Assembly (NCBI GenBank): GCA_964016885.1
Contig: OZ024743.1
Span: 228,966,001 to 229,030,000, forward strand
DNA: 64,000 nt
Source: Eledone cirrhosa
Taxonomy: Eukaryota
Direction: 5' to 3'
Positions 25,925-38,000 of the stretch are shown piece after piece (the stretch's first letter is position 1; every line of letters starts with the position of its first letter). The notes under the pieces were generated by a model that ran no database searches, was not told the DNA's origin, and saw nothing but the letters and a program-made list of their open reading frames with translations. Made by a program: the position numbers and the translations under genes.

Positions 25925-26260
25925 CAGAGTGGTCAAGTAGTTTGCTTCAAAACCATGCACTTTCAGAATTAATTCCTGATGATCAAATGTCACCTTGGTC
26001 AAATGTCACCTGCTATAGCTTCGAGTTGATCAATGCCTTGTGAGTTTAATTTGGTAGATGGAAACTGCAGAAGTCCATTGTATAAATATCTGTGTGTCTG
26101 TGTCTGTGTTTGTGTCTCATTACCTAGCAGTTCAATAAAATAAGTACAAGGCATGAAAACATAAGAGCTAGGGGTCGATATGATCGACTTTAAGGCTGTA
26201 CCCTGACATATTGCTGTTTCATGACTGAAACCAGTAAATGAATAACTGAGTAAAAGAATA
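25925..26260 (+). mobile_element. Degenerate tRNA-derived SINE (third type)
   Basis: GTGGTCAAGTAGTTTGCTTC...CACCTTGG...GCCTTGTGAGT...GGTAGATGGAAACTG, followed by GGGGTCGAT...GACTGAAAC. Related pieces lie at 28512-28625, 54385-54455 and 60880-60990. Confidence 0.55.
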
Positions 26261-26379
26261 TACATTAATTAGACATAAGACTTGTGGGCTTAAGGGAAAT
26301 ATAGAAACCATTCATAAATATATATATATAAAGCAACCATACTTTGTTGGATGTGCAACATAAATTTGATAGAAAAGTA

Positions 26380-26652
26380 GAGTTTGGATGAACTGAGAGA
26401 GAGACTAGGTTTAAGAGGAATCCGAAGTGGTGTGCAAGAAAGAAGACTGCATTGGTACGGATATGTGATGTGCAGGAAATCTCAGAGGAAGGAAGCTGTA
26501 GTAGAGGTAGACCAAAGAAGACCTGAGCAGAGGTGGTAAGAGCTGATCTTAAATCGCTGAGTCTGACAGAGGAGATGATGAAGGAATGCAGTGAGTAGAG
26601 AAATGCTGAAAAGGACCCATCCAACTCAGGCAAGTGTTGATGATGATGATGA
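26380..26652 (+). mobile_element. Old RTE 3' fragment
   Basis: GATGAACTGAGAGAG...AGAAGACTGCATTGGTACGG...AGAGGTAGACCAAAGAAGACC, followed by (GAT)n. Confidence 0.7.
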
Positions 26653-26685
26653 TATATATGAGAGGTATATATATATATTGCCAAT

Positions 26686-26716
<31 letters not shown>

Positions 26717-29227
26717 ATGTGTGTATATCTGTATGTATATGCGTGAGTGTTTCGTTATGTTTTAAAAGTGATTGATAAAATACATGCTATACAGACAGTG
26801 CTCCAGTACAGCTGCAGTCTAATGACTGAAACTAGTAAGGGCTGAAATCTTTACTGATGACTCACAAACATAAGTAATCTGGTATATTTATTACATATTT
26901 TTCTGTATCCTGTACCCAGCCTATGACATGGTTGTTCTGACTACCTTACACACACATATACTCTTACTCTCTCACTCTCTCTTTCTCCCTTTGTAACCTA
27001 CAATGTGAGCATGCAACTGTTGTTTAATGAGTGTCAATCAAAGTGAACGATGGTCCCAACTATATTTTATTCACAAGAGCTACAGGTTTGTCCTATTTAT
27101 AATCATAAACCCACAAAATCTGTTGGCATAAAACGTAACATGGTTACTACATCCTTATATTATAATGTTACCACCAAAGCACCACTTTTTCAGACATTCA
27201 CAGCATTTTAGGGCAATGCTGGAGGGGGGGGGGTGCTTGGCTGGGTAAAAATTAACAGCTGATAAAATGTCATGAAAAACTGAAGTCAATGCTGTGACAC
27301 AAGGATTGAAACGAAAATAGAATGTGCCTGAGTTGAGCAGTGAAAACATGCTTCTGACCCAGTCTGTTAGTCAGTGTCACCTGCTGGATGCCCTAGCTGG
27401 TTTTAAGACCTAGTCCACTTCTGATACATATACAATATCCTCCCACCCAACAAATGTTGAAATATTAAGTGTAGATTTAATAAATGGTAGTATGTCAGCT
27501 ACAGTTAGAAGGCACTGGAAAAAAAAAATCACAAATGCTACGTAGAAAATTCAACATTAAAAATAAGATAAAATAAAATAAAATAATATAGAATGAAATA
27601 AAATAGAAAGGCTACCAAGATAATTTTGACAGTAAAGTAGATGTGTATTAATTACAGACTTCCACTGGAAGCTTACAAATGGTGAATTAGTTGAATGTCA
27701 AAAGGTCCGCCATTAATGTGCTTGGGTATTATTTTGGTAAGAGACAGATTATCAGAATAGTTTTAATAGTTCTTTTTCTTCTTTCTTTTGTTTTGTATGC
27801 TTCTTTTTTACATTTATTTTAGATAAGTGAAAAGGAGAACAAAAATAAATCTTTAACTTTTTGGGGGGAGAAAAACGATCAAGTATTTTCTCATTTCCCT
27901 TTGTTAGTAAATGAAAATTAAGAAGGATAAAGTTTTTACTTATAGATTAAGTACCTATTTTTGCCATGTTTTATTATTTTTTTTTTATTCATTTATTTTT
28001 TGTTTTCTAAATATATATTCCTGGACAGCAGAAAGATAACAAGATAACTCATACTAGAATTCTTCTATTCATTATCCTTATCTATTTTCTATATTTTTAC
28101 AGATACCATCATCATCATCATAATATTTAATATGTTACTAATGATGTCATAGCACATTTAACAGTATTTAACAGTAAGTATAGTAAAATATCTTGTGCAT
28201 CAGAGCACTACTAATCTGAAGAGACATTTTATAGCAACAAAACTTTCCAGACACCAGCCAGTGATTCAATGCTTTGCCAAAAGATATTGTGAGGTACCTT
28301 TTAAATAAGAAACACCACTCTTCCTATCTTTATACCTATCTAACATGTATAATCCTAAATAAACAAGAAGTTTTGTGAACCAGCACTGGAGCTTTTACAC
28401 ATCTGTACTACCAACTGAATTAATATACCTGTATTTGAGCCAAGAATGGAGTCTCTACATGGCCACTAAAGTTGCCATAAATATCTACCAAATCTCCCTC
28501 AAATTACACCCATGGTTGTGTGGTTAAAGAGTTTGCTTTGCAATCACATTTTTCTGGGTTCAGCGTTGCTACATAACACCCTGGGAAAGTGTATTTCACT
28601 ATTGTTTCAGTTTGACCAATGTCTTGTTTTGATGTTATTTATTTTGAGAACAATACCTTAACGTCAGTATGAGTGGCCAGTTACGGCCAGTTTGAACAGA
28701 AAGAGGTGAGAGAATTCTGGCCAGATATGGCTGGTTTAAATGCTAAAGGGTTAAACATTTCTTTTGTTTATTTATTTATTTTTGTTCAGTAGTAGCTAAG
28801 ATGGTTTCATGACTAAATTGCTAATGAAATACTGTATTATAATTAAATAATGAAGAATTTGGAGGCATTTACTAAAATTATTATTTCATTATTAAAATTA
28901 TATTGGTAACAACATGTTCTTATATTAAACGAAGTTGAAAGATTTTCATTTAATTAAGAACTCTTTAAAACTGATGATTTTGTTTCAAAGAACTAGAGAT
29001 GGTTTTGGTCAGATTGTTAACAAAAGAATTCAAATGTGGCCTATATGCTATGATTCACAAACTTAAGACCAACTTTTCCATAATAAAGACAGGAAAGGCC
29101 ACTTTTCTCAACCCATCATGATATAGGCTACATTGAAAAACAAATGTAACATGTTTCAGATAACAAACTACAACCCATCCAGCCAACCAATAACTTCTGC
29201 AGAAGTAGATATGTCAGTGATCTAGAG

Positions 29228-29382
29228 CAAGGGTTTTGAACCTGGGTTCTGAGACTAACACTTCAGGTTCTGTGGCAGTATTTTAAATTTTACTGCCAGC
29301 ATGGCTGTGAATAATTTTTAGATTCCATAAAGTTTCTGTCCAACTGTGAAGGTTCTGCAAGTTAGAAAAGTTGAGAACCCCT
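29228..29382. mobile_element. hAT-like MITE, degenerate
   Basis: Imperfect TIRs CAAGGGTTTTGAACCT and AAGTTGAGAACCCCT; no clear TSD. Confidence 0.45.
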
Positions 29383-30359
29383 AATTTATTGGATAATAAT
29401 ATTGTGAGTCCTTGTTTTCAAATAAACATTTTTAGTTTGGATCCAACTTGGTATTATATATATAATTATTTATATATAGACCACCTATCACAACCAAAGA
29501 TCAACACATAATATAGATATAAATATTTCCTAAGTTATCAAAATAGCCTCTATGCTGTTACTTGAGCAGCCAAATCTCCTGCAAATTATATATTACCATC
29601 TTCAAAAGAAAACAAATCATACATTGGATAATGTGATCCTAGATGAACTGTGTATGAATGAAAAAGAGGAAAGTGATTGCTGGACATTCAGCATAGATCT
29701 ACTGGATCAAAGATCTCCTGTGGCTACACAACAACTGCCACTGGGTGTTAAGCTAAGTTGGATGCAGTTTAACCTGTGCTACATGAAACCACATTAGTAG
29801 CATCACATTAAAAATTAAAGTTTACCTGATGCTAAAGACTTGAATTGACTAACATTTGATATTTTTTTCTAAATCATTACAGGATGCTAAAAGTCAATTA
29901 AACCATTGACAAATCTAAACAAATATTGGTAGTTGAGTCCTCAGTAATGTTCTAGTATGAAAACATATGTAGTGTATGTTGAACGTATATCTATTTTATA
30001 AATGGAAACATTTTACAAATGAAAAAGATTATTTTCATTATTTACAAATTCTATGTAATTCTTATAAATATAAAATTCTTATAAATATAAAATTCTTATT
30101 TTACCATCAGTTGCGATGATGGTAAAAAGAACTTCTAATGATTCAATATGAACTTGTTCACTATGAAATCTCATTAAGAAACTAGTAATGAAGAATCCAT
30201 ACAATAGCAAGAAATTAAAAACATTCAGTTGTTTATTTAATGAATCATCATCAGTGATGCATGGGTGTGTGTCTGTATATATGTATATTACATACGTATA
30301 TACAAATATATATACATACATTTATATATATACATGTATATAAATTTATATATATTTAC

Positions 30360-30402
<43 letters not shown>

Positions 30403-30461
30403 CATATATATATATTTATATATATACATATATATATATTTATATATATACATATATTTAC

Positions 30462-30503
<42 letters not shown>

Positions 30504-30602
30504 TCTCATCTCATCTCATCTTACGTCCATTTTCCACGCTAGCATGGGTTAGACGTATATATATATATATACATATATTTACATATATATATATTTACAT
30601 AC

Positions 30603-32358
30603 ATCATCATCATCATCATCATCTTCGTTTAACGTCCATTTTCCACGCTAGCATGGGTTAGACGGGAGTTGTCCCGCTTGAGGCAAGACTGGTTGGGTGA
30701 CCGTGTCTCGCTCATATAGGACTATCTGGCAGGTTTTCTATGGCTGGATGCCCTTCCTAACACTAACCACATTTACAGTGTGGAACTGGGAACTTTTTAC
30801 CGTGTTACCTACACGGCCATATAACAGCGTGGACTGTGTGTGTTTTTTGTCGTGACACCTACACGATCTCAATCTCATTTTCTCGTGCTGTTGGTGGGAA
30901 TGGGAGGATAGGGTAGGGGTAGTGGATTGGGGTGTATATTTGGTTAAGAGGTGCCTACTGACTATAGGTTTCGCTTTGCACATAGGCAAGGCGGGTCTTC
31001 TGTATGACTGCATAGTGCCAAAGTTCTCGGTCCAAAGACATTGTCTTAGAGAGATGTAAGTGTGTGAGGTCAGAATTTATCAGATCATCCCAGGTTTTTC
31101 TGGGTCTACCTGTTCCGTAACTACCATCAATTTTGATCGCCATACACTTTTTTATGCAGCTGTCGTCTTTCATGCGCATCACGTGACCATACCAACGTAG
31201 TCTTCTCTCAAGTAAACAGCATCTGATCCCTCTTATTCTTAATTTCTCACTTAGTTCATTTATGCTTTGCTGTTCATGTAAATTACTATTACACATCCAA
31301 CGGAGCATGCATGCTTCATTCCTTTCCAGTCTATGCAGGTCCTCTGCACGTAATGCCCATGACTCACTGCCATGTAGCATTGCTGTTCGTATACAGGCAT
31401 TATACAATCTGCCTTTCATTTTTAGAGAGAAACCTTTTGTGGCCAACAGCGGTATAAGCTCTCTGAACTTTTTCCATCCCATTCTGACTCTGGCTACGGT
31501 ACTTTCAGAACACCGTCCACCACTGCTGATTTCGTCACCCAGGTAATGGAAAGTGTCTACTATTTCTATAGAACCATCTGGGCAATAGAAGGAGCTAGTA
31601 TCATTTGGACACTTGCTACTTATTGCACCTAAGCATCGGCCACATATAAAGACTACGTTCTTAGATAGTTTACCGTGTCTCGCTCATATAGGACTATCTG
31701 GCAGGTTTTCTATGGCTGGATGCCCTTCCTAACACCAACCACATTTACAGTGTGGAACTGGGAACTAAGCATCGGCCACATATAAAGTCTACGTTCTTAG
31801 ATAGTTTACCTGTGATCCCACTACATCTTTTATGTACCCATACTTTGCATTTGGGACATAAAATGGAATTTCTGCCTACTCCTTTCCTACACACTGAGCA
31901 TGGCCATTTCCCTGAGGGCACCTGTGCCCTATTTTCCTTTCTACAAACTAGAATTTTAGTCTTAGACAAGTTAACTTTAAGGCCTTTTGATTCTAGGCCA
32001 TGCTTCCATGTTTCGAATTTCTTCCGTAGTTCAGCTATTGATTCAGCTAAGAGCGTTAGATCATCTGAGTATAGTAGTTCCCATGGGCAGCCAGTCTTGA
32101 ACTCCTCTGTTATAGCCTGGAGGGAAAAAATAAATAAGAGGGGGCTAAGGACAGAGCCTTGATGAACGCCAACTTTTACACTAAATTCTCCACAATATTC
32201 ATTGTTAATTCTAACCTTACTGACTGTTTCATTATACATAGCTTGTATAGCTCTCACAAGCCATTCATCTACACCTAGTTTTCAAAGAGCCCACCAGATA
32301 ATGGAGCAGAGGACTCTGTCAAAAGCTTTCTCCAGGTATACAAAAGCTAAGTAGAGGG
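30603..32358 (-). mobile_element. RTE LINE, longest copy (RT core, PHD-like finger, C-terminal domain, 3' UTR)
   Basis: ORF 31745-32257 has VGVHQGSVLSPLLF, LLYSDDL, GLKVNLSKTK and CSVC-x10-CPKC-x4-H-x2-C...CGRC. ORF 30955-31482 encodes the C-terminus, and (CAT)n is at 30603. An internal rearrangement at 31631-31810 disrupts it. Confidence 0.95.
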
Positions 32359-32604
32359 GTTTACTTTTAGCTAGGTACTATACATATATATATATATATA
32401 CATATATTTACATACATATTTCTCTCTATTTCTCTCTGTTTTTATTTACATACATTTCTTCTTTCTTTCCGTCTTTCTTTCTAACTGTGCTTAACACTAT
32501 AACTAAATAATTATAAACACTTCACTACCAAGCCAGCTTCCTACCTTAATGGTCGCTTATATTTATGGTACGTCAAAATTATTTATAAAACTGTTTATAT
32601 ATTG

Positions 32605-32670
32605 TATTTTATCTGACGAAGGCATGCCATATTTTTAATATGGTATCCCTGAAATATGTATAATGAAATA
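32605..32670 (+). ncRNA. Type I hammerhead ribozyme motif in a PLE-like 3' end (about 32420-32712)
   Basis: TATTTTAT-CTGACGA-AGG.ATGCCATA-loop-TATGGTAT.CCT-GAAA-TATGTA-TA^ATGAAATA: 8-bp stem I, long stem II and self-complementary helix III. The upstream CTTTCTAACTGTGC block is shared with 38457-38472. Confidence 0.8.
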
Positions 32671-32755
32671 AATATGGTTTTATAAATATAGTTTCCATTT
32701 GTTTAATATCGCATATATATATACATATATTTATTACATACATATATATACATAC

Positions 32756-32903
32756 AATGGATGGCAAGAAACATACCTATTATATTTTGTCCTCGTCACT
32801 GCAGTAGTGAAAGAGATTGTGTGAGTTAGTGTGTACATACATCCACACACACAAACACAGACATATATATATATATATATATATGCACACATATGTATAT
32901 GTT

Positions 32904-32910
<7 letters not shown>
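32756..32910 (-). repeat. Inverted copy of 43951-44081
   Basis: AATGGATGGCAAGAAACATACCTATTATATTTTGTC...CACTGCAGTAGTGAAAGAGATTGTGTGAG is the reverse complement of 44010-44081. Confidence 0.85.
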
Positions 32911-32981
<71 letters not shown>

Positions 32982-33139
32982 GATATATGTATGTATATAT
33001 ATAAATGCATGTATATACAGTATATGTATGTATATATATATGTATGTATATATATATATATGTATATATGTATGTATATATATATAAATGCATGTATATA
33101 CAGTATATGTATATATATATGTATGTATATATATATATG

Positions 33140-33185
<46 letters not shown>

Positions 33186-33377
33186 TATATATGTATATAT
33201 GTATGTATATAGATATATATATATATACATACATACATACATACATACATATAAACATACATATATAGATATATATATACATATATATACATGCATATAC
33301 TGTATATACATATATATATATATATATATAAATACATATATATACATACATACATATACATATATATATACATATAT

Positions 33378-33728
33378 CATCATCATCATTTTCATCATCA
33401 TTTCATTTTACGTCCACTTTTCCCTGCTTGCAAGGGTGGGACGGGAACTGATTCTGGCTTGATTTCTACAGCTGGATGCCCTTCCTAACACCAACATTTA
33501 CAGTGAGTGCTGGGTGCTTTTTTGCCGTGGCACCTCCACGACCACTTTGCAGTGGAATGATAGGGACCCCAGTCCCTATCATCTCATTTCTACAGCTGAG
33601 TAAACTGGAGCAATGTGAAATAAAGTGTCTTGCTCAAGGAAACAACACATCACCCGGTCTGAGAATTGAACTCACAACCTTTCGATTGCAAGGCCAATGC
33701 GCTAACCACTAAGCCATGTGCCTCCACC
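33378..33728 (-). mobile_element. Full-length CORE-like tRNA SINE with RTE-derived tail
   Basis: Box A at 33706-33716 and box B at 33661-33673. The middle CCTTGAGCAAGACACTTTATTTCACATTGCTCCAGTTTACTCAGCTGTAGAAATG resembles the MIR CORE, and the tail matches the RTE end at 13740-13798. Confidence 0.85.
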
Positions 33729-33742
33729 ATATATATATATAC

Positions 33743-33779
<37 letters not shown>

Positions 33780-33923
33780 TATATATATATACATACATAT
33801 ACATACATATATACATACACATATATATATATATACATATATATGTATGTATATATATTATGTATATATATATATATACATACATATGCATACATATATA
33901 TACATACACATATATATATATAC

Positions 33924-33960
<37 letters not shown>

Positions 33961-34033
33961 TACATACATACATATATATACATACATACATATACATACA
34001 TATATACATACACATATATATATATATATATAC

Positions 34034-34073
<40 letters not shown>

Positions 34074-34089
34074 ATATACATATACATAC

Positions 34090-34120
<31 letters not shown>

Positions 34121-34161
34121 CATATATATATACATATACATACATATATATATACATATAG

Positions 34162-34202
<41 letters not shown>

Positions 34203-34252
34203 AAGAATGAATAATAACAGGTAGACATCATAAAAAGGTAATTTATTCCGTG

Positions 34253-34364
34253 TGCTTACAAGTGTTTCCACGGTGGTACTGCAGCCTAGTTATGCTACGT
34301 GCAAATTCACAAGTACTTGCAGAACTCAAATATCCAATGCTGTGACCACTGTTTCCTCAGAGCA
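34253..34364 (-). ncRNA. Type I hammerhead motif with a long stem II domain (inverted pLTR copy)
   Basis: Minus strand TGCT-CTGAGGA-AACAGTGGT...ACCACCGTG-GAAA-CACTTG-TA^AGCA. Confidence 0.65.
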
Positions 34365-34916
34365 GAATGGTAAATGTACAATGTAAATACCCTTAAGTGG
34401 GGTTGTTGGGGAAGATAGAGTAGAAAAGGAAGAGAGAAAAGTAGGGAAGAGGGAGAGAGAAAGAAAGATATGCAGGGGTCGGAGAAGTAGGAGAGAGTGG
34501 CTTGTAGATATCTTAATCAAAATGTTATGGTAGGGGTTTTATTATACTGGTTACTTTTGGAGAGATGCGTTGATAGTTAAGGTCGGAATTATTTATTGCC
34601 CCAGAGGGCAGGTTCATAGATGTTGAGAGAGAGGTAGGTCAAAGGTGAGAGAGAGAGAGAGTGTAATGGATGTAGAGAGAGATAGGTAGAGAGGGGACGG
34701 AGAGAGATAGGTAGAGAGGGGACGGACAAAGTATGTGTGGTGAGTTAACTTTGGGTTTGTAGTAGTAATCTAGGAATTGCACTGAGTTACCATGTATAGT
34801 GATAAGCAGTGTATTGTCTTGTAGTGTGGGGGGAAGAGAAGGTTGTTAGCTTGAAAGTGGTGTTATAGTTACGGGTTCGAATGTTAAGTTATTTTATAGT
34901 GAGAGAATTTAACTGA

Positions 34917-35333
34917 CATCTACCTGAAAGATGTCCATTGAAGAATGAATGCCTAAAGTCCAACATTGTTTACCAATGCACGGTTGAATCGAACGACCAG
35001 AAATGGTATTATATCGGATCTACCACCACATCGTTTAAATCTCGCTGGTACCGTCATCGATTCTCAATCAAACATCCGAATCACCGTTTTGTGACCACGC
35101 TCGCCAACAAGACCTGGCAACTCCGTGAACACAACCAACAGTTCACCTTAAAATAGGATATACTTTCCAGCGCAAGTGCATATCGGAGTGGATTGAAGTA
35201 CTGCAGGTTATGTAACCTTGAGCTCTTTTACATATTAAAATCCCAAAACAAACTACTTAACGATAGAATTGAACGATCATTATACTGCAACCACAAAGTA
35301 AAAGCTAAATTCTCTCACTATAAAATAACTTAA
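34917..35333 (+). pseudogene. PLE GIY-YIG endonuclease domain (one internal stop)
   Basis: HLPERCPLKNECLKSNIVYQCTVESNDQKWYYIGSTTTSFKSRWYRHRFS...LK*DILSSASAYRSGLKYCRLCNLELFYILKSQNKLLNDRIERSLYCNHK...IT*, with the IVY/YIG motifs and the conserved R, E and N. Confidence 0.88.
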
Positions 35334-35826
35334 CATTCGAACCCGTAACTATAACACCACTTTCTAGCTAACAACGTTCTCTTCCCCCCCACACTACAAG
35401 ACAATACACTGCTTATCACTATACATGGTAACTCAGTGCAATTCCTAGATTACTACTACAAACCCAAAGTTCACTCACCACACATACTTTGTCCGTCCCC
35501 TCTCTACCTATCTCTCTCTACATCCATTACACTCTCTCTCTCTCACCTTTGACCTACCTCCCTCTCAACATCTATGAACCTGCCCTCTGGGGCAATAAAT
35601 AATTCCGACCTTAACTATCAACGCATCTCTCCAAAAGTAACCAGTATAATAAAACCCCTACCATAACATTTTGATTAAGATATCTACAAGCCACTCTCTC
35701 CTACATCTCCAACCCCTGCATATCTTTCTTTCTCTCTCCCTCTTCCTTACTTTTCTCTCTTCCTTTTCTACTCTATCTTCCCCAACAATCCCACTTAAGG
35801 GTATTTACATTGTACATTTACCATTC

Positions 35827-35938
35827 TGCTCTGAGGAAACTGTGGTCACAGCATTGGATATTCGAGTTCTGCAAGTACTTGTGAATTTGCACGTAGCATA
35901 ACTAGGCTGCAGTACCACCGTGGAAATACTTGTAAGCA
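35827..35938 (+). ncRNA. Type I hammerhead motif with an ~85-nt stem II domain
   Basis: TGCT-CTGAGGA-AACTGTGGT...ACCACCGTG-GAAA-TACTTG-TA^AGCA, lying about 55 nt before the element 3' end. Confidence 0.65.
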
Positions 35939-36202
35939 CACGGAATAAATTACCTTTTTATGATGTCTACCTGTTATTATTCATTCTTTATATACACTCC
36001 GGAATACTGAAGGATCAGGAACTAAGTTTCTTGAACAATTCTTCCATAACTCGTAGAGTAACCTCTTACCGTACGTCAACCATATCCAGTGTAGTAATTA
36101 ACCATTACTACATCTTGGATAATCCTATACCTAATATATATATATATATATATATTAGTGAAAAAGAACAAAGGAACTATTATGACATTATAACAAGTTT
36201 AT

Positions 36203-36249
36203 TGCCGACAGCCGTTTCGTCCGACCCCATGGTGGGACTTATCAAGGCA
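36203..36249 (-). ncRNA. Type I hammerhead motif, U3-A8 core variant
   Basis: Minus strand TGCC-TTGATAA-GTCC-CACCATGGGGTC-GGAC-GAAA-CGGCTG-TC^GGCA. Confidence 0.8.
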
Positions 36250-37379
36250 TATAACATGTGATTGCAAGATCATTGTTTACATCAACGTAATGTTCATCCT
36301 GTTATATTTTTGCAATAATTTTATGATAATTTTGTAATAATTTTGCGATAATTTTATGATAATTTGATAGTTTTGTAATGATTTTGTGGTAACTTTGTGA
36401 TGATTTGATAATTTTGTAATGATTTTGTGGTAATTTTGTAATGATTTTGTAATAATTTTTAATCCTGTATCAATAATTTTAGAATGTTTTTTTTGTGATA
36501 ATACAGGGTTAGATCACGGAAGCTACCTTGTACCTTCTTAAGGATACATTTTATGATTATTGTCTTTTTGCTTATGTATTTTCTTAGTTACCACTTTCTT
36601 TAATCTTGCCCAACTTGATAAACTCCTTGAATTGCTCCCTAATTAAATTGCTTAAATTGCTTAGATTATTGTACCTATTATGCCTAAGTTGTATCAGTTG
36701 AAGCAGCCCTTTGAAAATTCCTCGGATATCCCAAATACCGTAATTTTTAATTTTTAACTTTTAATGTATAATTTTCCTCAATTCGTTTTTATATTTATCC
36801 TCAAAGGCTCTCTAAAATTTTAATTCTTCGAAGGGTCTCTCGGAAGAAGTTCCTATTGGAAATAGTAAAGGGGCCTTTTCTGAGAGATTTATGGAAGGCT
36901 CTCTGAATAAACCTCTAATTGATTAGTTTCTTTCAACCTAGTTTTCAATTCAGTTTTCTGAATTTTGTAAACGTGATCTTGGGGGAAGAAGGTTTTTTTC
37001 TTTGGGAAAAAAATTTTTCTCTAGAAGAAATTTCATAGGAACTCTATATATTTTTTAGGGAAACTTTATATTTTTATTTTCTTATTTTATTAGCCTCTTA
37101 ATTTTCTTCTAGACTAATAGGTGTATTGGAGCCTGTAAGCTTTATGCACTCATTGAGGGATTTTCTGAGGTGCTTCTACGGGACCCCAAGTCTCTTGGCT
37201 TAATGTTGATGCGTGAATTATATATTTTTGTCTAATTTTTAAACTTCAATCCCTGACCCCGACAACTAATATAAAAGAGCCCCCCTTAAAGCGGAGTTGC
37301 TGATGTATACAACAATTTCAAACTGCTAGCCTTGAGTGATACGTTGATGTAAACAATGATCTTGCAATCACATGTTATA

Positions 37380-37426
37380 TGCCTTGATAAGTCTCACCAT
37401 GGGGTCTGACGAAACGGCTGTCGGCA
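37380..37426 (+). ncRNA. Type I hammerhead motif, U3-A8 core variant
   Basis: TGCC-TTGATAA-GTC-TCACCATGGGGTCT-GAC-GAAA-CGGCTG-TC^GGCA. Confidence 0.78.
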
Positions 37427-37579
37427 ATAAACTTGTTATAATGTCATAATAGTTCCTTTGTTCTTTTTCACTAATATTTCGGCTCTGCGTATACGCATAG
37501 AGCTTAACTAGCTACCGTCACATATTTGGTAAGTCAGACGTGATCATCGCGATTCGCATACGTCCTAACATACATCTTA

Positions 37580-37715
<136 letters not shown>

Positions 37716-37860
37716 CATATATATACATACATATACATATATATACATACATATACATATATATACATATATATATATATATACATATATACATATATAT
37801 ATATACATATATATACATATATATATATATATATACATATATATACATATATATATATAC

Positions 37861-37908
<48 letters not shown>

Positions 37909-37910
37909 AC

Positions 37911-37958
<48 letters not shown>

Positions 37959-38000
37959 ACATATATACATATACATATATATATACATATACATATATAT

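Larger units (their letters stand above)
34200..35993 (+). mobile_element. Penelope-like element: 5'-truncated copy (34912-35993) preceded by an inverted copy of its 3' end (34200-34911)
   Basis: Arms of about 700 bp (34200-34911 and 35306-35993) are reverse complements. The spacer encodes a GIY-YIG domain, each arm carries an HHR, and the left end abuts (TA)n. Confidence 0.9.

Noticed and set aside
26845-26880. Isolated CTGATGA
   Set aside because: There is no stem II or downstream GAAA/helix III, and such matches are expected by chance in AT-rich DNA.
33661-33728. tRNA-like sequence with A and B boxes
   Set aside because: It is a SINE head continuing into CORE-like and RTE-derived sequence, and the cloverleaf stems do not pair properly.
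34914-34916. In-frame TGA at an expected Cys upstream of CPLKNEC, suggesting selenocysteine as in some PLEs
   Set aside because: It is a single instance at the truncation junction, the same frame has a TAG at an expected Trp, and I recognised no SECIS. Ordinary decay is simpler.
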